Shown: piece after piece, positions 1 to 13,100 of the stretch | Position numbering within the stretch: the stretch's first letter is position 1 | Layout of the letters: every line of letters begins with the position of its first letter | Source: Catajapyx aquilonaris | Taxonomy: Eukaryota | Assembly (NCBI GenBank): GCA_000934665.2 | Contig: KZ537981.1 | Coordinates: 181,981-201,980, forward strand | DNA length: 20,000 bases | Direction of reading: 5' to 3' | Translations under genes and position numbers: made by a program | The notes under the pieces: generated by a model | Told to the model about the DNA's origin: nothing | Databases searched by the model: none | Seen by the model: the letters and a program-made list of their open reading frames with translations, nothing else

Positions 1-3000
1 CCGGATTTAATGGCTCTTAAATCGCGTTGAAATCATCAATTTTGATTCATGGAATCCAACCAATTTTTGTAAAAATGTGATACTTTTATGAGGAATCTCG
101 TGCCTGCCTCAACGTGTGTAGGGTAGGGGTGTTAACAAGGGTTCTATTTCCAGGCCCGGTTGTTTCAGGTGAGAAAACTCGATTTTTTGGGAGGGGTTGA
201 TGGGGTGGGTGGCATGGGGGAGGAATCTGGTTGGAGCCAGTGACGCACACCCTGCAACAAACTTATCGCCTCAAAGTCTGAGGAGGGTAGGGGGTCGCGG
301 GTATAATAATAGGTGTACAGGGGGGGAAAAGGAAGGAAGGAAAGGAAAGGAAAGGACCATCCCCTCCCCAACCAAACTTCTTGACACTGGTCAAGGTCTC
401 ACAGGTGCTGAAAAGAAAAACGTGGGGGGGGGAAAGAAGAGAGCCCCCAGGCCTTCCCCAGGTTGAAAAACCCCTTCCCGAAAACCAGCTCTGCACCCGC
501 GAACCGCCCCTTTTTGTTTCTCTCTGNCCCCCCCCCCCCCCATGCATTGCACCCAATAATAAAAGATATGCAGTTGCACCCACTCAATATCGTTGCTGGT
601 GTGGACAATCCGCTCCCCAGCTAGGGTGCAATGTGTATAACTGTGCATGTGTATGCATAGGGTGTGTTGTGGTTGTCCAGTGTAGCGTGCTGTTGTGTGG
701 AGGGTGGTCAACCTTGAGATGGGTTCAATCCACTCTCTGCGACTCCCCTGTTTTGATTCTTACCTTGGTGTCCAGACTATGATGGTGGTGCTCCAACAGG
801 TAGGACCATGCCCTGACGGGACGCCCGATGCACTGTGCTCCTTGGGACAGACAGACACCTGCGAGAGAACCACCCTGCGTGTGCTCCTCAAACGCTGTTA
901 GCAAAAGGTGGTGGGCAAGGTGGGGGGAGAGAGAGAGAGAGAAAAAAAAGAAAAAATCACGGGAGAGTGGGCGTGGTCCACCCACAGCATACCTTGCTCG
1001 ATGGACCAATCGGAGGGGATCAGCCTCTAGCGGGGTTTGGCCCGACCGGAATGGGGAAGCCATCTTGTATCCAGCCAAATAACCAGGTGTGCCATAACAC
1101 CTGCGAATCGACCAATACCCCTTCAACAACGAAAATACGGGGCGTGGCTTGCAACCACCGGACCAATCAACCGTCAGAACAGGTGCAAATGCGGTCCGCC
1201 ATTTTGAGTCCAACAATTTGAGCGGGAAATTCGAAGAAGAGTGTACGGAACACCCAAATAAAAAGTCTGCCCCTTATTGTTATGTTTATAATCCAGTCTG
1301 GCCTCCCAGTTTCCGCTCCAGTGACCACCTGTTTTTTTTCTAAAAGAGGGGGGGAAAAGCCCACCCCTGAGGAGAAAGAAGGGTGGTCAAGGTGAGGGAA
1401 GGGGGGCGTGGAAAAGGTGTACCTGTGACCTCCATGTTGCCATATTAAGACACAAATCACAACAAGCAGTGTGCTCTCAAAACAAATTTGGCAACAGCTG
1501 GGAATCCTCAGGTGAGTCACTCATGTACCCCCACCCACCTACCCTTCTCCCCTCTTTAAAAAAAAAAGGACACACACAAACAAAAAGGGGTGAACCAAGA
1601 AATGCACAGTTATGCACAATGCACCTGAGAATTTATTCCGTTTTCAACAAGATTCAGGCTGAATAGGGGGGGGGCAAATCAGGTCAAACCAATCAAACTC
1701 TCTTTTTTTTTTACTGAAAAAACACTGCCATGACATAACAAGTTCTGGAAAAAAAAAAGTTAAAAAAAAAACCAAACATGCCACCACAGTATTTTTTTCT
1801 TGGGCACATCAGCAATGAAAATTCTCTCCGCTCATTATTTTGTCATTATATATTATATCCGCTCTATGTCTTTTTTTTTTGTGACAGGTTCGTCAAAAGT
1901 GGGGTGTGAAAAAACAGTTTGTCCTTCTAAAAAAAAGGAATTAAAAAAAAAATCATTATCTGGCTGACCATCCATTTTTTTTCCATAGCCTTACGCATAG
2001 TACGGATATCACTGCCCACTTTCACCACTTTCCCAAGTGAAGGAAAAGCTTCTTACAACCTTTTGTTACACAGCGATAAACAAAAGTACAATTTAGAGAT
2101 GTTTCTTTTTTTTCCCATTCGCATGATTTTTTTTTGGCACACAGGTTCTTTTTCGAGATAGGACGAAAAAACCACCAAAAAAACATTCACGGCTATGTCG
2201 CCATGAATTGAACAGCACGGTTTTACAAGTACAAAGTACTCCAGTGGGGAGAGGGGCTTTTCTTTTTAAAAAAAACATTCACAAAAAGAAATTACATACG
2301 ACATACGCTGTGGTGAAAGGTCGACACCTCTTTGGGCTTATATTTATGACAATTTTCATTCACAGGGCGGCTGGTCAGGAGAGGCCTTGTCTTTTTTTTC
2401 CCGTCCCAAAAAAAAAAAAAAATTTGAATAAAAATAATATATAAATCGACAACAACAATAGTATGAGGCAAGACCACGCACAAGTTACACCTGCACGCAA
2501 AACACACTCATAGTCGCACCAGTTCAAAAAAATAACAATAAGGGGGCAACAATACCAGACACAAAAGGGGGGGGGGGGGGGAANCCACTTGAGAATTTTA
2601 TTCAGCTAAATAACCGCGACAAAAAATAATAGGCAGGAAATAAACTTTGGGGGGGGGAGGCAGAAAAACAAAAAGAAACAAACAGGATCAACGCCATCTT
2701 GGATTAATTGTTCTTTTTCTCTCTCTTTTCCACCATTTAATAGTCAGTCTACGCAGCGCCAATCACTCTGGCGCCAACAAGTCTCTCTCCAGCGCCAGAG
2801 GGCACCCTTCACAAATCGCTCACAATTCGCTACGTAAATTTCCCATCCCAGCAATTAATTTTCAAAACAAATTTAAGTTAAATCCCCTCCCCCAGCATAT
2901 TTTCAATTTTTTTTCTCTTTTCTTCCCCAATCAAGCCCTGGTGCCCTCTGCACAAGGAACTTGCAGACGTAATAAGATTAGCCATAAATAATTGACCACA

Positions 3001-6000
3001 GCCCCTTTTCACAGAGCAAGTCCCATCGTGCAAACACATGTCATTAACCACTTGAAGAAAAAAAACATACATTACAGTGTTGAGTGAGGGACGAGTACAG
3101 GGGGAGAGGGGGGTGGATAGGCGGGGAAGCACAAACATGGCCACCGACATTTTTTGCATAACATTTTTGCATTGTGAGGAAAAACGAAGGATGCGCACAT
3201 GCAGAGGGAAGGTTTAAACAGGATCAGGTAATGCAAGTGTCTCTTCACGTGCGACCAATTGTCACTCTACGGGTTTAAAAAAAAACAAAAAACTTCACTC
3301 GCCAAAAAAATGTACAGAACTTTAAAAACGTCCCACGGGCGGGGGAAAAATATGAAATAAAACCGGCACAGCCCTATATACTTCTTTACACACACTCCCT
3401 TATAATTACATAATTCTTTGCCCCAACACGCCCAGCGAACTTGGGTTCTTTCCCCACTAGTTGGTATGCTATATCACATTGAAGTTTTTTTTTTCTTTTC
3501 TTAAACGTATCTGCAGTTATGTGGACACGGCTTAGAAAAAGGGACGGGAAGGAAACAGTTCACTAACACTATCCCATAGCCTGGTGTGTGTCGGGAGAGG
3601 GGATTAAAAGCAGGTATGAAAAACACCTTCCGAAAAATGTTTCCGGCAAAAAAATACTCATTATCGCTACAACTCGCTCGTCCACATTAGTCCTGCTTAA
3701 TGTATTTTTTTTCTTCATATAATTACATTTATTTCAAAAAAACTCTTCCTATACTCGTATAGTAGTGTAGGTGCAAAGCAACTCACAACAATTGAAACAT
3801 GGCAACCTTACAATTACATTTCATTGGTTATACTTTTAAGTATCGGAGCAGATAAGCAGTGCTAATGTGACGGGATGTTTTCCAGATAAGAGCACATTTT
3901 TCTCTCTCTTTTTTACGCAAGTACCCTCCCCGCTATAATTTTTCGGTGCCAAAAAAACCTAACACTGCGAAAAACGTTACACCAGCTGTTAAATACACGC
4001 TCTACACGTGGGGAGGGTGAAGGGGCAGGGGATTGAACTGGGAGGGAGGTATACAAAACGAAACAGGGGAAAAAAAATCCACAACACATCATTATGCACG
4101 AGGGCTCACTTGAGGAGCTGTGGCCCAAAAAATATAATAAACAAAAAAAAAAAAAAAACACATTGGCCACTAAAAGGCCTTCAAAAAACAGCACTGTACA
4201 ACAAGGCTTTTTGCATTGAGAAGTCCTCGGATGGGGTAGGAGTTGGGGCAGGGGTCAAAAGGTGGGCGCAGAGGAGAGATGGGGGGGAGAAATTATTATT
4301 TTTTTTTTTAGCCACACACACTCACATTATCACTCTCCACAACACCACCCTCCGCAACCCACCCCCCAAAATCTCCTCCCCATTTTCCAGGAATTTTAAA
4401 AAGAAAAAAAACCACAACCAGTGGTAACCCCTCCCAAAACTAGTATATACCATGTTTTTTCTCTCTCTTTCTCTGGCTCCTCGATATCACTACGCGTATA
4501 TTACACACACGACTTTCGGGGGGGGAGAGGCGCATCACACGATCAAAGTCTTGGCTTCTTTTTCTGTCCTCGCCTCTCGAAAAGTTTGCTGCACAAAACT
4601 AGGCCCCACAAGATATATATATATGTACATATATATCCTTACTCCACTTCTATTCGTTTATTTATCATTATTTTGTTCTTCGTATTGTCCATCCACACGT
4701 CATCCCCCCCAATTCACTTTTTGTCAAAAATAAATCCTCTCTCCACTTTTTCCATTTTCTCTAAAATTGACGGCAACTGACTGCCTCGTTATTTTCTTTT
4801 CATTATTCTTGTGGCATGTCTGAGAGTGTGGCTGCATCTATAATATTTATATATATAATATGTACAAATCAAAAACTTGATAATTGTTTTTTTTTTCCTT
4901 CTTCCTTAATTGGGACTGGATATAAAGGGGTATTGGAAAATGGGCGCTTTTAAGGTTAAGTAGGAGCTTTTTTGGGTTAGTAAAAAACATTACTGTGTCA
5001 GTTTTCCCATCTCTCGTTTTTTTGTTTTTTTTAAAGCCCTGGGCAGGCTAGTTTTTTAGGTCCCGGATCCATTAATCATTTCGTCTTGGGACTACAAGAA
5101 GGGAAGGTTGCCGCGCACTTCAGGCAGAGAAGGAAACAAAAAATAACCCGCCTGAATCAGCAACAATTGAAAACGACGAAAAAGAGTGCCAAGAAACGAA
5201 CCTATCATTAAAGCAAAACTGACTGTGGGAGGTCAGGTAGGGACGGGTAGGAACGCAGGGGAAAAGGAGAGAAAGAAAAACCCACAGCCTATAAAAATGC
5301 ACATGTAAAACAGTTGCCCCCACAAAAAAATGTCTGTCCAAAGTGTATAACTTTTTTTTTTCATTTTCTTCACAACGCTCGTTAATATTTTGAAAAGCGA
5401 GTTTTCCCTAATTTTTTCATGTTTTTTTTGGCACACTGATTCTATACAAACTGGATGTAACCTTCGGAGGTCCGGGCGGGTTAAGTTAAACGATGCCTTG
5501 CAAAAAAAGGTTTGGGCCTGCCAAAAAAGCACAAATCCGTCAGGAGCACACTAATAGAAATCTGGGAACGCAAAATTCATAATCACAAAAGGGGAGGGGG
5601 AAATCAACACATCATATACTAGCTGCATCATTTGAGATTTGGATTAAAGTCTGCTAAGGGCAAATAAACAACCAAAAAAATTGCTTGCCCCACAAAATGC
5701 TCCTAAGGTGTTAATACTAAAAAAAACATGTCCACACACACACAAAAAAAATATAAAGAGAAATAAAGCTCTACGTCCAAACACTACAACCAGAGTAGCA
5801 AGGGGAAAAGTGGCTCGAAAACTTCATTGCAAAACATAAACCCAACCCTCCAGTCTCCTAAAAAAATCTTCCTGCACTTTTTTTTGATTCTTCATTCGCT
5901 TCCCCCTTTGCCGTCCTTGTACAAAATCATCAATGTGTAGACATGTCCAGGTCTGAAGTTCTCAAAAGAAAGACCATCAGCGGCCAAATCACAGGGATAC

Positions 6001-6772
6001 GCCGGGCCCCCCCAGTGTTTAAAAATAATAAAAAAAAAAAGAGTAGGGGACGAACAAAAAAAAACATTCGTCATGAAACAGGCAAACGAAAACTATAAAG
6101 ATGCCTAGAAACCAGGTTCATCTCCTTTTTTCTATCAAGTTTGTCCAGCGAAAAGCACGAAAGTTAATGTGTGGTGAGGCACTTTGTGCCGCTCAAAAAG
6201 GGGCTGTCATTTTCTTCTTACTCTTGTTACCGCTTTTTGTCTATTCAAATTTCCTACGTGTTTTTAGTTTTCTCATCGTTATTTTTTTTCCCTCCATATA
6301 TATATATATATATATGTACCATGGATAGGCATTAATAGCAATATTGAGGACAAGGGAAGTTGAGGAGGGCGAGAGTTCAGGACGAGCTTCTCCAGTCTTG
6401 AATTGTCCAGCTTGGTATAGATCCAGTGATTGAGGCAGGGGAAATAAGATGGGTGATGAGGAAGGCAAAATGCCTGCTGCGTCACACTCCCACACCTCCC
6501 GAGGGGTGTGGAGGGGACTGCTTGATAGAGGAGGGAGGAGGCAGGGGGTGGAAGGGAGGAACATTGCTTCCCTAAGCCACACAACCTCCCCCACAAAAAA
6601 AAAAAGGTTTCACCCGTTTCCTCTTCGTCGCTGGCCTCCCAGCAAAAAAGGGACAGTTCACGCCACAGGATGGGAGGGAAAAAACAATTGTTTCAAAAAA
6701 AAAACTAACGTTGGGTTCCGTGCACCCTTTCAGACGCCTCAGTTATTTTCCCGTACCCCAATGTTCTCATCA
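1..6772 (-). other. Non-coding region downstream of the LARP4 stop, probably a long 3' UTR (end undefined)
   Basis: No credible protein ORF. The minus strand is U-rich with homopolymer runs. Minus-strand AATAAA (TTTATT on +) occurs at 4657, 3728, 2597 and 1632. Confidence 0.5.
6296..6314. repeat. (TA)n microsatellite
   Basis: Run atatatatatatatatata read directly. Confidence 0.85.
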
Positions 6773-7167
6773 TCACTTGAGCGAACGCAGCCTCAGACTC
6801 TCGAACCGGTCGGCTCCCGTGTTGAACCTCCTGCTGCCACCTTCTCCATCGTATCCACGGTGGTGCCTCCTGTCTTCTTCCCCTCCCCCTCCTCCTCCTC
6901 CTCCCCCGCCTCCCCGACCACTAACACTAGTCTCACCCTGGTAATCCCTGTAGTGATCTCTCTGGTCATAGTCCCTGTGGTCGTAGTGCCTCCCATGGTC
7001 CCTCCTGTCCCAATCCCTGTACTGTTGCGACTGTCTCCCTCCTCCTCCTCCTCCTCCACCCATGGACGAGTAGGACCCGTTGTTAGTCGATCCAGATGAG
7101 GAGCCCCGGCTTGAGAAGCGGAAGCCTCCACGGCCAAAGCTCCGGGAGTCACGGCCCTCACGAGATT
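6773..7167 (-). CDS. LARP4: LARP4 terminal coding exon (RGG/Gly-rich and Arg-Asp-Tyr-His-rich tail, ends LRLRSLK*)
   Basis: Acceptor cgttccag|; phase-1 entry puts it in the frame of ORF 6773..7063; TGA stop at 6773-6775. Confidence 0.8.
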
Positions 7168-10100
7168 CTGGAACGCAAGGTCAGGTCAGTCCACTTATCC
7201 ATCGGAGACGCAGTTGCTCTGGTCAAGTTATGTTCACCAAGCACAGAAAGTAAACTCATGCATCATTTCAGAGCAACACAAGAATTTTTTAAAATCAACT
7301 CATCAGGACTATGTTAGTTGTAAAATAAGAGACAGTAAGCCATGCAGTTAGGGGGAAGAACACCCTGCCTCTATTTGGATGGGCCACACACGAGCTTCCG
7401 ACCGGATAGGGCACAGCTTTGACCCTTGCATGTCAATGACCATAGACTATTTAGTTTTGCTGACACCCTAAATGCAGAAAATGGCATCCATGCTTATTAC
7501 TGATCTGCCCACAATATTGACGGAGGTTAAATAAGTTGCCCTTAAAGTCATAATTGCCAAGCATGATTTCACATGCAACACAGCACTGCCTATCGCCATG
7601 CCACGGTACATCTTTGAATCGCTTCGAATATTCCCCAACATTCCTTACCATCCCAATTTACTAAATGGCACGCTGTAAACGGACGAAAAACAACGAAATA
7701 ACTGACTATATGCACACATCGATGTCGTCTGACATTAGCTCCAAGAGTCACTGGAAGGGCCCCTTGGGCGATAGAGCCAGAAACCATTAGTATGTGTCTC
7801 GCTTTGACACCAGAACCGCCCATGGTACAATCGGTCTGGCAACACTGGAGACGGAAAACACTAAACCGGCCACTCTCACGTTTGAGAGGGCTCTTGGGCG
7901 TTAACACTCTCCATGCAAAAGTGCTCTGGACTTACTCATGCTCTGCGCGCGTGTGGGTGCTGCGGATGAAGCAGATGCCTGGGTGGAGTGTTGGGCCGAG
8001 TCCTTCCTCCTGTCCTTGGGTCCCCCTCCCCGCTCTCTCCCGCTGCACTCGCTGCTGTCCTGCAACTCCTGCTTCTGCCTGTGTTCCGAGCCCTGCTGCT
8101 GCTGCCTCTCCATCTTCTCCCTCGCATTCTGGGCCACCTGAGCGTAGCTGAGCCTTGGAGGAGGACCGCTGTTGTCCTTATGGGATGCTGGCGGTGGGCT
8201 GCTGACTGGTCGCGGGACAGACGATGCCGAGGAGACCCCGGACGAAGTCGACGATGATGATGAGGAGCATGAGGTGCCAACGCCAGTTGAAGTGAACCTG
8301 GTTTCACCAGATGTGCTCCCAACAGTCATGGTGGAGGCGTCCATGGTCGGCACGGCAGACTTGGAGGACCGTGTCTGCTGTGCTGGGGCTGGAGCCGGTG
8401 GAGTAGGCGACGCAGCGTGGTGGAAGGGAGGGGACGGGGAGGAAGGTGGAGGAGGAGAGGCGGCAGCCCTGCCAATGTCCCCATTGGCCAGCATGGTGTC
8501 GTCAGTCTTTGTTGCCTTGTCACACGTGTGCTTCGCACCAGACCTGCAAGTTCAAATATAAAATGCATTAAGTCACACACCATTTTACTGTAATTCAATC
8601 CAGCCCCAAATGAACTGATACAGTTGACAAAAATGTAGTGCAAAGCTGACTGAGGCACAGGAAAAAAAAAGTCATGTGCTTCAACTCAAGTAACAGTAAG
8701 CACCTATGATGTGCGTCTCACTTGACACCTATGCCACCATACTTGACAGTGACTAGGCAACACTTGGAGACCTACACCTTGCTCATGTACTTGTACAGTG
8801 TTGGGACATAAATCGAGGCATACTGCTAGAGACATTTTACGAAGCTGCAAAAAGAACAAACGGAAGCAATGCAGTTAGTGAGACAAGAGTGAGATGCGTG
8901 CGAGCAAGAATTGGTGGGCTGTGCAAGTCGTGTAGGGGAAGGGTTGGCATTTTTAAATGTGCAGGTATAATCGTCCCAGCCCACCACTTCTTGCTCGCAC
9001 GCATCTCACTCCTGTCTCACTAACTGCATTGCTTCGGTTCGTTCTTCCGCCGCTTCGGAAAATGTCCCTAGCAGTATGCCTCGATTTATATCCAACACTG
9101 TACTTTCAGCTGACAGTTGCAAGATGTCTTATTGCACAATGCCTGCGATGAAATAAGATCAGCAGCGATTACTCACCTCTCGGCTGCGGCAAAAGTCTGT
9201 GCGTTGGGCATTGTGTCACCGGCGCAGTTGAGCATGGCGTCTTCCCCGCTGTTCCCGACCCCAATCTCCCTGTACTCCTTTTTCCTCTCCTTCTTGCCGC
9301 CCTCCTTCCCACCGATTCCAGTCGCCTTCTCTGCCCTGCTTGCTGCAGCTTGACTAGTTTGGGCCTTGGCAGCAGCCTCCGAACTGTGACTGGCTGGGGT
9401 CGCTGGGGTGGATGAGGAAGACTGCTGCGGCACTGTCGGCTTGGTGGCCACGACATGTGTGGTCGGTGTTGCCCCAGAGACAGCGGAAGAGACGGCCACC
9501 ACTGGCGAGCCAGGGCTGCTGGCCACCCTGCTGCTGCCACCGCTCGACCCGCCACTCACGCTCAGGGCCGCCAGCGTCGATGTAGCAGCACTGACCGAGT
9601 CAGGCGCCGTGGCAGTGACAGTAGAGGTAGGTGATGCCATCACCACAGCTGGAGTAGGAACCACTTTTGCCTTTGCTGTGCCTTTCACCACATCAGACAA
9701 CCTGAAATATTACATTACCGGCATTGTAAGGCACCACTCACATTTTGGAACTTGTAATTTGTTGACCCTGCGACTTGCCTGCTCTCCCAAGGTGAGGTTT
9801 CGGCAGTGTCGTCTTGACTTGGGGCGGCGAAGGCAGGGTCCCCCTCTGACCCCGGGAGAGGTGGGAAGGAGTTGGCTTGGAGCTCAAACTCTCTCACTGT
9901 AGAAGAAGTGGAGGCTGGAGCAGGATGGTGGTGCCCGTCTGCGGAGGACAGGGCAGAGGAACCACTGCCAACAGTCACTCCCGACAAAGAAGCACCACCA
10001 GCGGCGGGGGTGGCAGGATGGTCCTTGCCACCCCCCAAAGAGGAGCCGGCGGGAGAAGAGGCTGAGGAGGTTGGACCCTTCCCACCGGAGGAGGGGTAGC

Positions 10101-13100
10101 CTCCAGACGCACCATCCTCATCACGCAGACGTCTCCTGTTGCGCGGCCTGCAACAACACATTAGGTGAGTCAATGGTCAATGACACCAAAATTCAATTCA
10201 GGCAGCCAATCTGCCCGAGTGTTTTTGGACATTGTCGCCAAGGGAAACTTTGTCAAATTCCATGGTCTTTCCTCGACATGCCCAAGCTTTTGATATGCGT
10301 CTCATATGACACCCGAGTCTGCCCGGTGATGCACGGCGACCTGGCAACACTTGAGACAACCCTTCCTTCATGCATCCGACAACATGCAAGTATCCTAGGG
10401 AACCAACCCATCCCATGGCTTACACACCCTTCATGGACTTTAAAAACCAAACAGCGGTTCGCTCAGCATTACAAAACTGATAACAACGGTACCTGGGTGG
10501 CAACACATCCTTTGGCGTGCTTATGCTGTTGGACACTGCTGACAAGGTAACCTCCCTCCCGTTGACGGCCCGGACGTCCGCCTCCTCGCCTCCTCTGCTC
10601 CTCCCACTGTCTTTTCCATCCTGCCTGCCTTCCCCTGTCCCGAGTGGCTGCTGGGACACTGAAGTGGCCACAGGGTGGTGATGGTGGTGGGTTGGGTGGT
10701 GGTGATGCGTCGGGTGGTGCCCGTGGTAAGCGTGCTGCTGGTGGTGATGACTAGTAGCAGTTGCAACTGGGCCCGTCACAGGCTGGGAGGAGGCGGAGGG
10801 AGTGGAGGAGGTCGGGATGGCTGCGGGAGGGGGAACCGGGTGGGCTGTCACTGCTGGTGCAGCGAGGGCGGAAGAGGACAAGCTCTGCCTGTACCCGCCG
10901 GAACCTGCCGGCAACGCTTCCACCCGGGCGCTGGAACAAATTGCGCTTGTAAGTCCAAAATGAGCACATGTGAAAGGTGCTGATCACTAACCTTGCGCGA
11001 GGGGCGGCCAGAAGGCCTCCGCCGGGCACTGTGGGTAGCACCAGGGGCAGGCCCTGGGCAGCCACAGTGGGACCTGAGTGCACTGAATACCCTCCGGATG
11101 AGGAACCTGTCGTAGGAGCCTGCCTACTCCCCCCAGTGCCCACTCCCGAGTCACCTGCGCTTCCCACCCTGGACTGCTTCCGTCCTAGGTCCCTGCCCCT
11201 CCCTCCTTGCGGATACCTGGCTGCTCCCCCGACACTGGCTGCCCCGCTTCCCCCGCTCTGGGCATGCTTGACGAAGGTGGTGGCTGTTGGCGCAAGTCCG
11301 TTCACAGAGAAGACGGCGTTGAGGTCGTAGAAGCTGGTGGCTGCAGCAGCACTCCACGCTGTTGGCATGACTCCCGGATGGTAGAATGGGGCCGGTTGCT
11401 GGAACGTCTGAAGGACCAAAGGATATTAGCACTTCGTCTAGTTCCATAGAACCCCCCCAAGTACAAGTTAATTCAAAACTCACGTAGACATGAACCTGCT
11501 GGTTTCCGAATCCAACGGCCGTAGCTGGCTGGGCGGCTGCAGCAGCTGCCAAACTCGTTCCATTGGCATACACCACCCTAGCCTGCTGACCTGCCTGCTG
11601 GAAAGCTGCGGCTGCATTAGCCGCTGCAGCCACTGCTGCACTGGGGTCATAGGCCACTGGGGTGCGGTACCCATTCTTCCCTCCGACAGGTGGGAACGTA
11701 CCAGTTGCGATGCGGTTCATCGGCTTGGCTTTGATGCGTGCCATTATAGGCTTGCCCTAAACCGCAAGAGTCAAGTCATTGAATCAAAGTGAACCATGTT
11801 TACTTCCCCCAGGAAATGCCCAAGCGACTCACCCTGAACTCCCTGACTTCTTCTCTGAGAAGCCTGTAGGCCTTCTGTGCATCCTCATCCGACTCAAAGG
11901 TGACATACCAGCTGTTGTTGTGGGCAAACTCGCAAGACACACATTTGGGGCAGTTGTCCGCTGAGAAAAGTCCTTTGATCTCCTCGATTGGGGTGTTGTC
12001 CGGGATCTCCCTCAGGATCACTATGCAGCGCTTGTGGTTCGGACGCACTTTATGGCCCTCTGCATCCACCTGCACGTTAGAGGATTCTGAAACGGCAAGG
12101 GAAGCAATGACCAGATGAGTAAACCTGGTTCAGACACAACGTCAGTAAGATCTCGCACTTACCCCTCAACACCTCCGTGATCAGGTTAATGTCCTTTGTC
12201 AGTCGCTTGATCTGGTTAAAGTTGGCCACTGTCCAGATAGGCACATATTGGTCGGCATCCATTTGAGACACCAGGTAGGCATCGTTAGCCAAGTTCTCTC
12301 TGAAAAGTTATGCGCATGAGTTGCAGTGTTGGTTAGCGAAACATTGCAATGGCAACATTAGGCGTCTCTTTCAATCCTAGTAACCATGATAACCATCATA
12401 CTATTACGAAGAGTCATTTCCGTGCCTACCTCCCAGGAGCAACACATTCTGGTTTTCTTATGGAACTGTTGTTGTTGCAGCATGGTTACCATGACGGTTA
12501 CCATGGCGGTTACTATTGTTACTAAGATTTAGATGTAGCAATCATATCAACGGCATTAATTTGATTGCTTTTTCATTTCATCTCTCGACGACATATGACA
12601 CACACCAAGACAACCCCTACAGACATGTAAGATTGTGTCACCTCGAGAAGTAGTACTCAAGCTGAGCGGCCAACAACTGCTTGAGGTGCTCCAGAGGTAT
12701 GCTGGGCTCTGTTGGAGTAGCAGGAGCGGGAGGAGTAGCAGGAGCAGCAGCGACAGGGGCAGAGGTAGTTGCAGCAGCAGCAGCAGCAGCGGGCGAGGCG
12801 GGCGAGGCAGCTGCAGCGGCAGGTGAAGTCGCAGCTGCGGAAGCGTCTTCATTGTTGCCGTCATATGATGCGGCAGTGGCGGCCGCTGGCATGGTCGAAG
12901 TGCTGCCGTTCTGTGCTGCCATGGCTGCCGTGGGCTGCCCCTGCTCATAGCTGGCCTGGCCTTCTGCTAGGCCATTGAGGCTGCTGAAGAACAAAACCAC
13001 CGTTTCAGGCACACTTCCAATGCAAGTCAGTGGAATTTCACACACAAATTGGCACAACAAAATGCAACACGCTAAAAATCTGCAAGCCGGACGTCCACTG

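Noticed and set aside
165..6600. Many short ORFs on both strands downstream of the LARP4 stop
   Set aside because: Their Lys/Phe/Gly runs come from homopolymers; there are no domains and no consistent exon chain.
10751..10991. Read-through of the 61-nt intron 10931-10991 in ORF 10751..11419
   Set aside because: Retention shifts the frame and truncates the protein before the conserved C-terminal motifs; good splice sites support normal removal.
6449..12978. Plus-strand ORFs such as 6449..7099, 8172..8561, 9408..9902, 10977..11330 and 12681..12950
   Set aside because: They are antisense shadows of GC-rich, triplet-repetitive LARP4 exons.
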